A stretch of DNA of 64,000 nt from positions 1 to 64,000 of the IMG/VR virus record IMGVR_UViG_3300009678_000002; one strand, 5' to 3'. Positions within the stretch are counted from its first letter, which is position 1. Each line of letters opens with the position of its first letter. The translations under genes and the position numbers were made by a program. Source of the stretch: a virus (Duplodnaviria > Caudoviricetes). Shown here in pieces: positions 1 through 9,724 of the stretch. The notes below the pieces were generated by a model that was given only the letters and a program-made list of their open reading frames with translations, was not told the origin of the DNA and did not search any database.

Positions 1-44
1 GAGAAATGCCGAGGCTGCTCGGACCGGGGGGCCGCGACTGAGCC

Positions 45-284
45 ATGACCGAGCCCGCGCAGAAGGAGCCGACGGCGGAGGAACTCGCGGAGTTACGCGA
101 GTATGCGCCGCTCCTGCCTCTGCTGCGTGCGCTCAAGCGGCAGCTGCTCGCCCAGCTGTCGAAGCCCAACGAAGTTGACCTGCCGGCGCGGCCAGGGGTA
201 CGCGCAGCAAAGCCGGACCCGACCGAGGCCGAGATCATGGCTGACGTCCTGGAACGGCGCAGGAGGCGCGGTCATGGGTCGTAG
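45..284 (+). CDS. Small hypothetical protein overlapping the integrase start
   Basis: 79-aa ORF with plausible composition. Confidence 0.5.
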   Translation: MTEPAQKEPTAEELAELREYAPLLPLLRALKRQLLAQLSKPNEVDLPARPGVRAAKPDPTEAEIMADVLERRRRRGHGS

Positions 285-1605
285 AGCCACGGGCAACGTG
301 AAGGTGCTGGCGGACGGTCGCGCGATAGCTCGGCTCGCCGGCGAGTACCTCGGGATCCATCCGAGCGAGGAGCTCGCGTGGAAGTACATCCGCGCCGCCA
401 TCAAGCTGGACTCGGGCAAGGCGCCCGACACCGTGCGCGTGTACGGGCTGCGCGTGCTCGGCGAGCGCGACAAGAGCGGCGCGGTCCGCTCGGTGAAGGA
501 TGAGTTCTCGCTGTGGCGCACGCACATCGAGACGGCGTTCTTTATCGACTGGCAGCTGCGCGCAGTGAAGCCGAGGCACATCGAGAAGTGGATGAAGCAG
601 CTCGCGAGGAAGGACGCGCTGTCACCTCGGCGCTCGGGCTCCGGCGCGAACAGGCGCACCGAGTATCGATCGCTGGGCCGCAAGATCGGCAGCGGCGTGA
701 TCGCTCACGCGCGCCGCGTGCTGATGACCGTGTTCGCCCAGGCGCGCATCGACGGCAAGGTCTCGAGCAACCCTGTCGACGGCGTGCCCGTGCCGAAGCT
801 GCGCGAGAACGTGATCGAGGATGAGGACGTCTGGACCTACCTAACGCTCGAGGAGATCGACGCGCTGTTCGCCACGCTGCCGCGCGTCGACGGCGAGACG
901 GCCGCGCGCGTGCGAGCGTCGAAGCTGCGGGCGTTCTTCGCGGTGGCCATCTACGCGGGCCTGCGCGACGGCGAGGTCCTCGGCCTGCGCTGGGCTGACC
1001 TCGTGCTTGACGGCCAGCAGCCAGCGTTCAAGGTGCGGAAGAACCGGACCGGACCGGTCAAGACCCGCGCGTCTCGGCGGGAGGTCCCGATGCTCGAGGC
1101 CGCGCGCCGCTCGCTGCTCGTGCTGCGCGTAGAGCTCGCCGCAATGCGCAAGGCCAAGGGGGATGTGGCCGCCCGGCCGTTCGACCTCGTGTTCCCTTCC
1201 GACCACGGCGGCTGCTACTCGCGCGGCTACGACTTCCACTGGGCAGACCAGAAGGAGCGGCGCGTCGTGCGCGTGCCCGGCCCCGTGCGCCTGGTCGAGC
1301 GCAGCGGCGACGTCTACGTGAACGAAGGCTGGCGCGCTCGAGCTGGCGTTCGCGAGTACGTCACGCTGCACGACCTTCGGCACACCTGCGCGAGTCACCT
1401 CGTGATGGGGAGCTGGACGCCGGCGCCGCTGAACCTGATGCAGGTGAAGGCGTGGCTCGGACACTCGTCGCTCGCGACCACGCAGCGCTATGCGCACGTC
1501 GCTCCGGGGAACCTGCACGACGCAGTGGTCGGCGAAGATTCGTGGAAAGTAAGTGGAAACGAGTTCCCTGCACCGAGAATGGACCGTGTTGGAAAACGTC
1601 GGTAA
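274..1605 (+). CDS. int: Tyrosine recombinase / phage integrase
   Basis: AGGAGG at 261-266, ATG 274; motifs GLRDGE (R), HDLRHT (HxxR), LGHSS and TTQRY (Y). Confidence 0.95.
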   Translation: MGRRATGNVKVLADGRAIARLAGEYLGIHPSEELAWKYIRAAIKLDSGKAPDTVRVYGLRVLGERDKSGAVRSVKDEFSLWRTHIETAFFIDWQLRAVKPRHIEKWMKQLARKDALSPRRSGSGANRRTEYRSLGRKIGSGVIAHARRVLMTVFAQARIDGKVSSNPVDGVPVPKLRENVIEDEDVWTYLTLEEIDALFATLPRVDGETAARVRASKLRAFFAVAIYAGLRDGEVLGLRWADLVLDGQQPAFKVRKNRTGPVKTRASRREVPMLEAARRSLLVLRVELAAMRKAKGDVAARPFDLVFPSDHGGCYSRGYDFHWADQKERRVVRVPGPVRLVERSGDVYVNEGWRARAGVREYVTLHDLRHTCASHLVMGSWTPAPLNLMQVKAWLGHSSLATTQRYAHVAPGNLHDAVVGEDSWKVSGNEFPAPRMDRVGKRR

Positions 1606-1622
1606 TCATTGGGCGAAACGCT

Positions 1623-1671
1623 TGGCGGGATGGACGGGACTTGAACCCGCGACCTCCGGCGTGACAGGCCG
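1623..1671 (-). other. attP: attP core: 3' half of a tRNA-Asp(GTC)
   Basis: Reverse complement CGGCCTGTCACGCCGGAGGTCGCGGGTTCAAGTCCCGTCCATCCCGCCA gives anticodon arm, T arm and acceptor 3' strand with CCA; no D arm; just downstream of int. Confidence 0.85.
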
Positions 1672-1770
1672 AAGGTCAACGTCTGGAATCATTCAGCTAA
1701 CCGCCGCGATTCCACATTCGTTCCATCTAAGCAGTCTCCACCACTGCGCCGCATCGATCGCGGGGGCGCC

Positions 1771-2223
1771 GTGAAGGGCTACGCTCGCACCCGCGTGTTC
1801 GACGCGACCACGCTCGCGATGCTGGCCGATGCCGAGCGCGCGGTCGCTGCCATCCCCGACAGCCTCGGCGAGGTTCGCTGCCACGAGGTCGCGCGCGCGG
1901 TCGCTGGCTACCTGTTCCACCGCAAGCACATCGGCCGTGCCCTGATGGCGGTCGACGGCACCTATGGCTCGCCCGGCGGCCTGCGCCACGAGCACTCGTG
2001 GATCGAGGTGTGGCCGAGCGGTAGCCCGCGGGGTCCGCTGTTCATCATCGACCCGTATGCGGTCGGCCGGCTGCCGCAGGTGCAGCTGGTCGACGCCGAC
2101 CCGTTGCACGGGCTGGCGAGCATGTACCGGGAGGGACACGAGCGCGCCGACATCGACCGAGCCCTCGCGGCCCGGATGCTCGCCGCGATCGATGAGGCGT
2201 TGACGAAGGAGCGGGTGAGCTGA
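1771..2223 (+). CDS. Hypothetical protein
   Basis: 150-aa ORF coupled to the next gene (TGATG); C...H-S-W...D motifs reminiscent of a transglutaminase-like fold. Confidence 0.6.
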   Translation: MKGYARTRVFDATTLAMLADAERAVAAIPDSLGEVRCHEVARAVAGYLFHRKHIGRALMAVDGTYGSPGGLRHEHSWIEVWPSGSPRGPLFIIDPYAVGRLPQVQLVDADPLHGLASMYREGHERADIDRALAARMLAAIDEALTKERVS

Positions 2224-3797
2224 TGACGCATCGGCCGCCATCGCTGCGCGCCGCGTACGCCTTCCCGGGCGAGCTCACGTTCGACTTCTTTGCCGGCGGC
2301 GGCGGAGCGTCGACGGGCATCGAGCAGGCGCTCGGCCGGCCGGTCGACATCGCCATCAATCACAACCCGGTGGCCATCGCGATGCACAAGGCCAACCACC
2401 CCGAGACCAAACACTTCTGCGAGGACATCTGGCAGGTCGACCCGCGCGAGGCGACCGGCGGCCGGCGTGTGGGGTTCGCGTGGTTCTCGCCCGACTGCAG
2501 GCACCACAGCCGCGCCAAGGGCGGCAAGCCGGTCGACAAGAAGATCCGCGGGCTCGCGTGGTCGGTGACGCGGTGGGCCAAGCTTGTGCGCCCGCGGGTC
2601 ATCGTGGTCGAGAACGTCGAGGAGTTCGAGGACTGGGGACCGCTCGGTCCGGACAACCGGCCGATCAGGGAACGGCTCGGCGAGCGCTTCCGCTGGTGGG
2701 TCGGCAAGCTCGAGGGGTACGGATACCGCGTCGAGTACCGGTCCCTGGTCGCCGCCGACTACGGCGCGCCGACGACACGCCGGCGGCTGTTCCTGGTCGC
2801 GCGCTGCGACGGGCAGCCGATCGTCTGGCCCGAGCCATCGCACGGTGCTGGCCGGCCTGAGCCGTGGCGTACGGCCTCGGAGATCATCGACTGGTCGCTG
2901 CCCTGCCCTTCCATCTTCGACCGCCGGCGGCCGTACAAAGAGGCCACGCTCGTGCGGATCGCGAAGGGGCTGCAGCGCTACGTGATCGGGCCCGACGCGA
3001 AACCGTTCATCGTCCCGGTCACGCACCAGGGCGACAGCCGCGTGCACTCCATCGACGAACCCGTGCGCACGATCACCGGCGCCAAGCGCGGCGAGTTCTC
3101 GCTGGTGACCCCGTACGTCGTGCGCCATGGCCACTACTCGTACCGGACCGGCGCAGGCCTGCGCGAGGGCTGCGGAGCGGGCACGTTCCGCGGGCAGCCG
3201 CTGCAGCTCCCGCTCGCGACCGTGTGCGCCACGAACGACAAGCACCTCGTCTGCCCCATCGTGACCAAGCATTACGGCGGCGTGGTCGGGCACGAGGTCG
3301 GCCGCCCACTCGGCACCGTGACCGCTCGAGACCATCACGCGCTGACCGCGGCGTTCCTGGTCAAGCACTACGGCACGTCGCACTCGGCCAGCGTCGAGCT
3401 GCCCGTGCCCACGATCACCAGCGGCGGCGGCCGCGGCGGCGGGCACATCGCGGAGGTGCGCGCGTTCCTGATCAAGTACTACGGCGCAAGCGGCCGGCAC
3501 TCCGCGCAGCAGTTGCTCGAGCCGCTGCACACGCTGACGAGCAAGGCGCGGTTCGGGCTCGTGATGATCCACGGCGAGCCGTACCAGGTCGTCGATATCG
3601 GAATGCGAATGTTGCAGCCGCACGAGCTGTTCGCCGCGCACAACTTCCCCGAGCACTACGACATCACGACAGGACCGCACGGCAGGCGCCTGACCAAGAC
3701 CGAGCAGATCAGCCTGGTCGGCAACAGCGTGTGCCCAGACCAGGCGGCAGCGGTCTCGAGCGCGCAGGTCGAGCGGCCGGAGGCAATCGCATCATGA
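2223..3797 (+). CDS. C5-cytosine DNA methyltransferase
   Basis: Motifs FFAGGGG, SPDC, ENV, RRRLF and C-terminal GNSV. Confidence 0.95.
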   Translation: MTHRPPSLRAAYAFPGELTFDFFAGGGGASTGIEQALGRPVDIAINHNPVAIAMHKANHPETKHFCEDIWQVDPREATGGRRVGFAWFSPDCRHHSRAKGGKPVDKKIRGLAWSVTRWAKLVRPRVIVVENVEEFEDWGPLGPDNRPIRERLGERFRWWVGKLEGYGYRVEYRSLVAADYGAPTTRRRLFLVARCDGQPIVWPEPSHGAGRPEPWRTASEIIDWSLPCPSIFDRRRPYKEATLVRIAKGLQRYVIGPDAKPFIVPVTHQGDSRVHSIDEPVRTITGAKRGEFSLVTPYVVRHGHYSYRTGAGLREGCGAGTFRGQPLQLPLATVCATNDKHLVCPIVTKHYGGVVGHEVGRPLGTVTARDHHALTAAFLVKHYGTSHSASVELPVPTITSGGGRGGGHIAEVRAFLIKYYGASGRHSAQQLLEPLHTLTSKARFGLVMIHGEPYQVVDIGMRMLQPHELFAAHNFPEHYDITTGPHGRRLTKTEQISLVGNSVCPDQAAAVSSAQVERPEAIAS

Positions 3798-4087
3798 GCG
3801 ACGAACCCACCGAGACGACGGCCGGGACCACGCAGGCGCTGAAGCTCTGCGCTCGGCACGCGCGGATGTGCTGCTCGGAGTGCGAATACAGGTCGTGCGT
3901 GCACGGGCTGTTCATCTGCCAGGAGTGCGATGCGAAGGGCGCGCGCCGAGAACGGATCGCGACCGCAGCGCTCGGCTCGCTCGTGACGCGCGGCCCCGTC
4001 GCGCCCGCGCTCGCCGCGCGCGAGGCGGTGGAGTACGCCGACGCGCTGATCGCCGAGCTCGACAAGCCGACGGAGGCCAAGCCATGA
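3794..4087 (+). CDS. Hypothetical protein (Cys-rich, possible Zn finger)
   Basis: ATGA overlaps at both ends. Confidence 0.55.
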   Translation: MSDEPTETTAGTTQALKLCARHARMCCSECEYRSCVHGLFICQECDAKGARRERIATAALGSLVTRGPVAPALAAREAVEYADALIAELDKPTEAKP

Positions 4088-4605
4088 CGGTCACGAACGA
4101 TGAGATCAAAAAGCACGTGCGCCGGGAGCAGTATCTGCAGATACGCGAGATGTCGTTTTCCGAAGCGGCCCGCTGGTGCGCTGGCGTGCCCATCGAGACT
4201 GCCGCGCTGTTGACGGGAGCGGAAGTAGCAACTTTGCGCGAGTTCGAGACGCGGCTAGGCTTTGCCGCGTTTAGCAAGAGCCCGAAGCTCGCCAAGCTCG
4301 TCGAGCGCACGTACGCAGAATGGGCGTACTCCCTGCTCGATGCGAGCGGGAGGATCCACCGCATACTGATGCATGAGGCGTTTGAGTGCTGGCGGATCGC
4401 GGAGCGCCTCGCGCGCTCGATGGGCGGCGGCGACGACGATGAGGACGCCAACGAAATCGCCCGTGAGCGTGAGGACCGCGAGGAAGAACTAGGGAGCACC
4501 GATGATGCGGCCCTGCTTCAGCAGTGGCTCGGGTCGACGGATGGACGCAGGCGGTCGTGCGTCTATCAGCTGCTCCATGGCAGCGTTGGAAACGCGATGT
4601 CATGA
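4084..4605 (+). CDS. Hypothetical protein
   Basis: ATGA-coupled ORF. Confidence 0.55.
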   Translation: MTVTNDEIKKHVRREQYLQIREMSFSEAARWCAGVPIETAALLTGAEVATLREFETRLGFAAFSKSPKLAKLVERTYAEWAYSLLDASGRIHRILMHEAFECWRIAERLARSMGGGDDDEDANEIAREREDREEELGSTDDAALLQQWLGSTDGRRRSCVYQLLHGSVGNAMS

Positions 4606-5135
4606 GCGCGCTGCTCTACACAGAGCCGCTGCTCGGCGCTGGCGCGGAGCTCAGCGCCTGCAAGCTCCACCGCTACCTGCTGTGGAGGACCTGGAGCCCG
4701 AACAAGCCGCCGGCGACGTTCGTCATGCTCAACCCGAGCACGGCGCAGGCGTCGACGGACGACCACACCGTCCGCAAGTGCATCGGGTTCGCGCAGCGCT
4801 GGGGCTTCGGCGGCATCCGGGTCGTGAACCTGTACTCGCTGCGCTCGACCGACTGGCACATGCTGATCGCGCGACCCGACCGCACCGGTCCCGCCAACGG
4901 CCAATGGCTCGAGAGCGCGTTCGAGCTCGCGGCCGCGCAAGGCCAGGCCGTGGTCGTTGCGTGGGGTGCGCACCGCGTTCCCGAGAAGGCGGCGCGTGTG
5001 GCCGAGGTCCGCTCGATCGCGCGGAGGCACGGCGTCGAGCTGCTCGCGCTTGGCACGACCTTTGACGGTGACCCCTGTCACCCGCTGATGCTGTCCTATT
5101 CGACGCCGCTCGAGCCGTGGTCGAGGGCGGCATGA
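4602..5135 (+). CDS. DUF1643 family protein
   Basis: RYLLWRTW...FVMLNPSTA...DDHT...VNLY...AWG...PCHPL. Confidence 0.85.
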   Translation: MSALLYTEPLLGAGAELSACKLHRYLLWRTWSPNKPPATFVMLNPSTAQASTDDHTVRKCIGFAQRWGFGGIRVVNLYSLRSTDWHMLIARPDRTGPANGQWLESAFELAAAQGQAVVVAWGAHRVPEKAARVAEVRSIARRHGVELLALGTTFDGDPCHPLMLSYSTPLEPWSRAA

Positions 5136-5407
5136 TCGTCGGCGTCGCAATCCGGGACGACGAGACCGGCGAGGTCCTGTCCCTGCCCCGACCGAACCGG
5201 CACACCGACGTGCTGCGCGTGAGCGGACTGATCACGCTGTCATCGGGCGCGACGAAGTGGCGGCTGTACCGCGGGACGCAGGGCTTCGTCGACGACGCCG
5301 GCCGGTTCCTCGACCGCGCGACGGCCGCAGTGCACGCGCTCTGCGTCGGGCAGATCGAGCAGCTCAAGTACAACGACCGCGACCTGTTCAGCGAGGACCT
5401 GTGGTGA
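5132..5407 (+). CDS. Phage hypothetical protein
   Basis: RH...QGFVD...FLDR...LFSEDLW pattern; ATGA coupled. Confidence 0.7.
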   Translation: MIVGVAIRDDETGEVLSLPRPNRHTDVLRVSGLITLSSGATKWRLYRGTQGFVDDAGRFLDRATAAVHALCVGQIEQLKYNDRDLFSEDLW

Positions 5408-5622
5408 ACGACCAGCGCTGCGCGAGCTGCGGCGGCGTCGCCCATCCAGCGACGGGGCACCAGCACTCGGCGCGCACGCTGATCTGCGGACCGTGCGCGC
5501 GTCGGTTTTTCAAGTGGCTCGCCGGGCACACCAGGCCGCGCAAGGGATCGGATTTCTACGGAGCGGCCACGAGGTGGCGAGCGCCTACGGGGCCGGTCAA
5601 GAAAGGGGAAGCCTTGCCGTGA
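5404..5622 (+). CDS. Small Zn-finger protein
   Basis: CASC...CGPC; GTGA coupled. Confidence 0.55.
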   Translation: MNDQRCASCGGVAHPATGHQHSARTLICGPCARRFFKWLAGHTRPRKGSDFYGAATRWRAPTGPVKKGEALP

Positions 5623-6043
5623 GCAGGGTGATTGATTACTCAGAGCTCAAGCACCGCAAGTGCTCGGCGTGCAAGCGCGTGCAGGCGGTCGCCGAGTTCA
5701 ACCGCTACAACGATCCTTCGCAGCCGACCTGCGGGTGGCGGTACTACTCTCAGTGTCGGTCGTGCCAGAACCAGGCATCCCGCGACTACGGTCGTGACAA
5801 CAGGCCGCGCCGGAACCGTCGCCTTCGCGAGTGGCGACGTTGCTCATGGCGAAGTTCGAAGGGCAGTGCTGGCTCTGCCGCAAGCGACCTGCACGCGCAG
5901 TCGACCACTGTCACGCCACCGGGCGTGTACGCGGCGTGCTCTGTCACGGATGCAACAGCGTCGCGGTGTCACGGGTCGACGAGGATAGAGCCTACATCGA
6001 TCGTCTCCGCGACTACGTGGGCAACGAGGACCGCACCGCATGA
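5619..6043 (+). pseudogene. Recombination endonuclease VII-like gene, frameshifted near 5835
   Basis: N-terminal CSAC...YYSQCRSC in one frame; CWLC...VDHCHATGRVRGVLCHGCN in another frame. Confidence 0.7.
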
Positions 6044-6426
6044 ACACCGAGCAGCGTCTATCCGCGATCCTGTCTCGCGTTCATTACCGCGACTGGCACA
6101 TCGCGCTGCGCCTCGACGGCGAGCGCTTCTATCTGCAGGTGCAGTTCGAATCTCCGTGCATCGTGAACGGCGCGCCGATGCGGCAGCACGGTCGCAAGTG
6201 GATGCTCTCGCCGCACATGAGCACGAGCGAAGTCGTGGCGACCGCGTTCAAAGCTTGCCTCGCTGCCGAGGAGCACGAGTGCAGAGAAGCGTTCCGCTAT
6301 CGCGGACAGCCCGTGTTCGGTCCGCACGTCGACGTAGAGTGGATGGCCGCGCAGATGGAAGCGCGCTCGGTCACTGACGTCAGGCCCGAGCGATCGGAAA
6401 GGAACATCAGCCATGAGCGAGATTGA
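6040..6426 (+). CDS. Phage hypothetical protein
   Basis: GRKWMLSPHM...SEVV...EEHECREAF...FGPH motif. Confidence 0.7.
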   Translation: MNTEQRLSAILSRVHYRDWHIALRLDGERFYLQVQFESPCIVNGAPMRQHGRKWMLSPHMSTSEVVATAFKACLAAEEHECREAFRYRGQPVFGPHVDVEWMAAQMEARSVTDVRPERSERNISHERD

Positions 6427-7231
6427 GTTCACCGCCGGCGGCGAAGTGCACGCGCTGCAGGTCCAGCACTACCCAGACGGCGCACCGCGCGTGGCGCACG
6501 GCGCCGACGAGAGCGCCATCTTCGCCGTGCTGCTCCGGCCACGGAGCCTCGACACGTTCTTCGCTGCGCTGTTCTGGATCGACGCGCTGCGCCACCGCCA
6601 CGGCCACAGGCACACGCTGCTGCTCCCGTTCGTCCCCGGCGCTCGGCAGGACCGCTTGACGCTGACCGGCGATCGGCTGTTCACGCTGCGCTCGGTCGCC
6701 CAGGCCATCAACGATCGGCAGTTCGACTTCGTGCACGTGCTCGACCCGCACTCGGACGTCGCCCCGGCGCTGATCGAGCGCTGCGTCGTCATGAGCCCCG
6801 CTGACATCCTCGAGACGCACCGCGACCTGCCCACCTATCAGGCAGTGATCGCCCCGGACGGCGGCGCAGAGAAGCGCGCGGGCGCGGTCGCCCGCATGCT
6901 CGGCGTCCGCCTGCTGCGTGCGTGGAAGACGCGCGAGGTCGGCACCGGGAAGATCTCGGGCTTCGGCTGCGAGCCGATCCCGGCCGGCGTGTCGCGCGCG
7001 CTCGTGGTCGACGACATCTGCGACGGCGGCGGGACGTTCCTCGGGCTGCGCGAAGTCCTGCCGAACGCGCTTGAGCTCGACCTTTACGTGACGCACGGGC
7101 TGTTCAGCGCGGGCACCGAGAAGCTGCTCACGAGCTTCGGCCACATCTACTGCACGGACTCGATCATCGCGGACCGACCGGGCGTGACCGTTCTGCCGAT
7201 CTGCCAAACGCAACTGAGAGAAGGAGCTTGA
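6413..7231 (+). CDS. Ribose-phosphate pyrophosphokinase-like protein (probable NARP1 Adps)
   Basis: YPDG, PGARQDR, DPHS, APDGGA, VVDDICDGGGTF and VTHG motifs. Confidence 0.9.
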   Translation: MSEIEFTAGGEVHALQVQHYPDGAPRVAHGADESAIFAVLLRPRSLDTFFAALFWIDALRHRHGHRHTLLLPFVPGARQDRLTLTGDRLFTLRSVAQAINDRQFDFVHVLDPHSDVAPALIERCVVMSPADILETHRDLPTYQAVIAPDGGAEKRAGAVARMLGVRLLRAWKTREVGTGKISGFGCEPIPAGVSRALVVDDICDGGGTFLGLREVLPNALELDLYVTHGLFSAGTEKLLTSFGHIYCTDSIIADRPGVTVLPICQTQLREGA

Positions 7232-7233
7232 CC

Positions 7234-8685
7234 ATGAATCCGATGACACTGATCGACGGCTACAAGCTGGACCACCGGCGGCAATACCCGCGCGGGACGA
7301 CGCGCGTCTACAGCAACTGGACACCACGGAGCTCGCGCATCGAAGGCGTCGACGCCGTCGTGCTGTTCGGTCTGCAGTACTTCGCGCGCCGCTACCTCAT
7401 GGACACGTTCGGCGAGTTCTTCGCGGGCGACCGCGACATCGCAGCCGCCAAGTACGCGCGCCGCGTCAGCGGCTACCTCGGACCGAACGAGATCGGCGCG
7501 GCACACGTCGCTGCGCTGCACGAGCTCGGCCACCTGCCCGTGAGGATCTGCGCCGTGCCCGAAGGCACGCACGTCCCGCTGCGGGTGCCGATGCTCACGA
7601 TCGAGAACACGCACGACGACTTCGCATGGGTCGTCAACTACCTCGAGACCCTGATGTCGAGCGTGCTCTGGCACCCGTGCACATCGGCAACGCAAGCGCT
7701 CCGCATGCGCGCGCGCCTCGACCTGGCGGCGCTCGCGACCGGCAGCCCGGCGGAGTTCGTTCCGTGGCAGGGCCACGACTTCAGCTTCCGCGGGATGGTC
7801 GGTCCCGACGCCGCGGCGCTGAGCGGAGCCGGTCACCTGCTGGCGTTCACCGGCACCGACACCATGCCCGCGCTCGACCTGATCGAGAACTACTATGGCC
7901 CGCTGCCGGCCGACTACATGCTCGGCGGTTCGGTCGCAGCGACGGAGCACTCGGTCATGTGCGCCGGCGGCGAGGAGGGTGAGCTGCAGACCTTCGAGCG
8001 GCTGCTCGAGCTCTACCCGTCCGGCATCGTGTCGGTGGTCTCGGATACCTGGGACCTGTGGCACGTGCTCGTGAACGTCCTGCCGCTGCTGCGCGAGCGC
8101 ATCATGGCGCGCGCGGGCAAGCTCGTGATCCGTCCCGACAGCGGCGACCCGGCCGACATCGTGTGCGGCGACCCGAGCGCGGCGGCAGGCTCACCCGCGC
8201 GCCTCGGAGTGATCGAGTTGCTGTGGAACCTGTTCGGCGGAACGACCACGAGCACCGGTCACCGGCTGCTCGACGCGCACGTCGGCTGCATCTACGGCGA
8301 CTCCATCAACTACGACCGCGCGCGTGAGATCACGGACAGGCTCGCGGCGAAGGGCTTCGCGAGCGCGAACATGGTGTTCGGCGTCGGCAGCTACACCTAT
8401 CAGTACGTGACGCGCGACACGTTCGGGTTCGCGCTCAAGAGCACATGGGCGCAGATCGATGGCAAGGGCGTCGACATATTCAAGGCGCCGAAGACCGACG
8501 ACGGCACGAAGAACTCTGCCAAAGGTCGGCTCGCAGTGCTGCGCGACGAGCACGGCATGAAGCTCGTGAACCAAGCGACGCCCGAGCAGGAGGCAGCATC
8601 GGAGCTGCAACCCGTGTGGAGCGATGGCGCGTTCATCCGCACCGAGACCTTCGCGCACATCCGCGCGCGCGCGCTGCGTCGCTAG
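7234..8685 (+). CDS. Nicotinamide phosphoribosyltransferase-like protein (probable NARP1 Namat)
   Basis: DGYKLDH..QYP, HDFSFRG, ATEHSV, SVVSDTWD, IRPDSGDP, IYGDSI, SAKG. Confidence 0.92.
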   Translation: MNPMTLIDGYKLDHRRQYPRGTTRVYSNWTPRSSRIEGVDAVVLFGLQYFARRYLMDTFGEFFAGDRDIAAAKYARRVSGYLGPNEIGAAHVAALHELGHLPVRICAVPEGTHVPLRVPMLTIENTHDDFAWVVNYLETLMSSVLWHPCTSATQALRMRARLDLAALATGSPAEFVPWQGHDFSFRGMVGPDAAALSGAGHLLAFTGTDTMPALDLIENYYGPLPADYMLGGSVAATEHSVMCAGGEEGELQTFERLLELYPSGIVSVVSDTWDLWHVLVNVLPLLRERIMARAGKLVIRPDSGDPADIVCGDPSAAAGSPARLGVIELLWNLFGGTTTSTGHRLLDAHVGCIYGDSINYDRAREITDRLAAKGFASANMVFGVGSYTYQYVTRDTFGFALKSTWAQIDGKGVDIFKAPKTDDGTKNSAKGRLAVLRDEHGMKLVNQATPEQEAASELQPVWSDGAFIRTETFAHIRARALRR

Positions 8686-8862
8686 CGGACGACTCGACCC
8701 GACGCGCGCTGCCTAGATGCACCGCGCGCGCGTCGGGGCTCAAGTTCCCGGACCTGCAGGACCGGGACGCCCTGCGGTTTTCCGCGGGAATCCGCGCGGG
8801 ATCGACGGCAAACCTAGTGGTTTCGCGAGTATCCGCGTCATCGCTTTGTCTTTCGCGAATCC

Positions 8863-8930
8863 GTTGACTCGACCCGCGCGAGGACGATAGCGTTCTCATT
8901 GTCGACGCGATGGAACGCGCGGCAGGGAGA
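8863..8930 (+). promoter_or_regulatory. Sigma70-like promoter and leader, copy A1
   Basis: TTGACT-18-TAGCGT then CATTGTCGACGCGATGGAACGCGCGGCAGGGAGA; repeated at 13201. Confidence 0.7.
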
Positions 8931-8936
8931 TGGCGA

Positions 8937-9131
8937 ATGTACCGATTGCACTACAGCTTGAGCAGGATGGGCGGCCGGCCCGCATGCGGCAATCGCCGCG
9001 GCACGCACAGCACGGATGACGCGAGCAAGGTCGAGTGCACGCGCTGCCTCAAGATGATGGCGCGCTGGGCGGAGATGAAGCAGGCCAAGGCCATCAAGGC
9101 CTTCGGTCGCGCGATGGCGGGGGTGTCATGA
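8937..9131 (+). CDS. Small Cys/His protein
   Basis: GGGAGA RBS; H...ACG...VECTRC. Confidence 0.55.
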   Translation: MYRLHYSLSRMGGRPACGNRRGTHSTDDASKVECTRCLKMMARWAEMKQAKAIKAFGRAMAGVS

Positions 9132-9724
9132 ACCGCGCCGCCGCCGAGCAGAACGCGAAGGTCATCACGGAAGCCACCGCGCGCGCCAAGGACCTCTGCT
9201 CCGCGCTGATCGCGAAGCTCCGGGCCGATGGCCACGAGGTCGAGACGGGCACGGGCAGGCTGCTGAGCTTCGAGACCGTCCAGAGCTTCGAGACCATCTC
9301 CAAGGTCGACGGCGAGCACGTATGGATGGCCATCCGCCTTCAGTCGCGCGGCGACTGCGGGATCGGGGTGACCCGATACAACGGCCGCATGACGATGAGC
9401 ATCGGCTACGGCAAGGGAACGACCTTCCCCGAGCCCAAGGCTGGCTTCGATGTCGCGAAGACCGCCGAGCGCATGATGGAGCGCGTCAACGACGCGAAGG
9501 CGAGCACCGCGCGACGCATCGCCGCCGCCGGCCAAGCCGAGATCACGAAGGCGCTCTCGGGCGAGCTGAACGCAGCGCTCGGCGCCGAGACCTGGAGCAC
9601 GATGGGCGCCGAAGTTACGCACGCCTTCGGGGATGTCTACCGGATGAAGCTCGCGGTGAACGCCGACGAGGCGCGCGCGATGGTCGAGCTGCTCGCGCAG
9701 ATGCGCGCCTCGAGGGTGTCATGA
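9128..9724 (+). CDS. Hypothetical protein
   Basis: ATGA-coupled ORF. Confidence 0.65.
   Translation: MNRAAAEQNAKVITEATARAKDLCSALIAKLRADGHEVETGTGRLLSFETVQSFETISKVDGEHVWMAIRLQSRGDCGIGVTRYNGRMTMSIGYGKGTTFPEPKAGFDVAKTAERMMERVNDAKASTARRIAAAGQAEITKALSGELNAALGAETWSTMGAEVTHAFGDVYRMKLAVNADEARAMVELLAQMRASRVS

Noticed and set aside
103-273. N-terminal extension of the integrase in the ORF track
   Set aside because: Strong RBS and ATG at 274; the extension overlaps the 45-284 ORF
1623-1700. Full-length tRNA-Asp gene
   Set aside because: No D arm or 5' acceptor strand; only the 3' half is present
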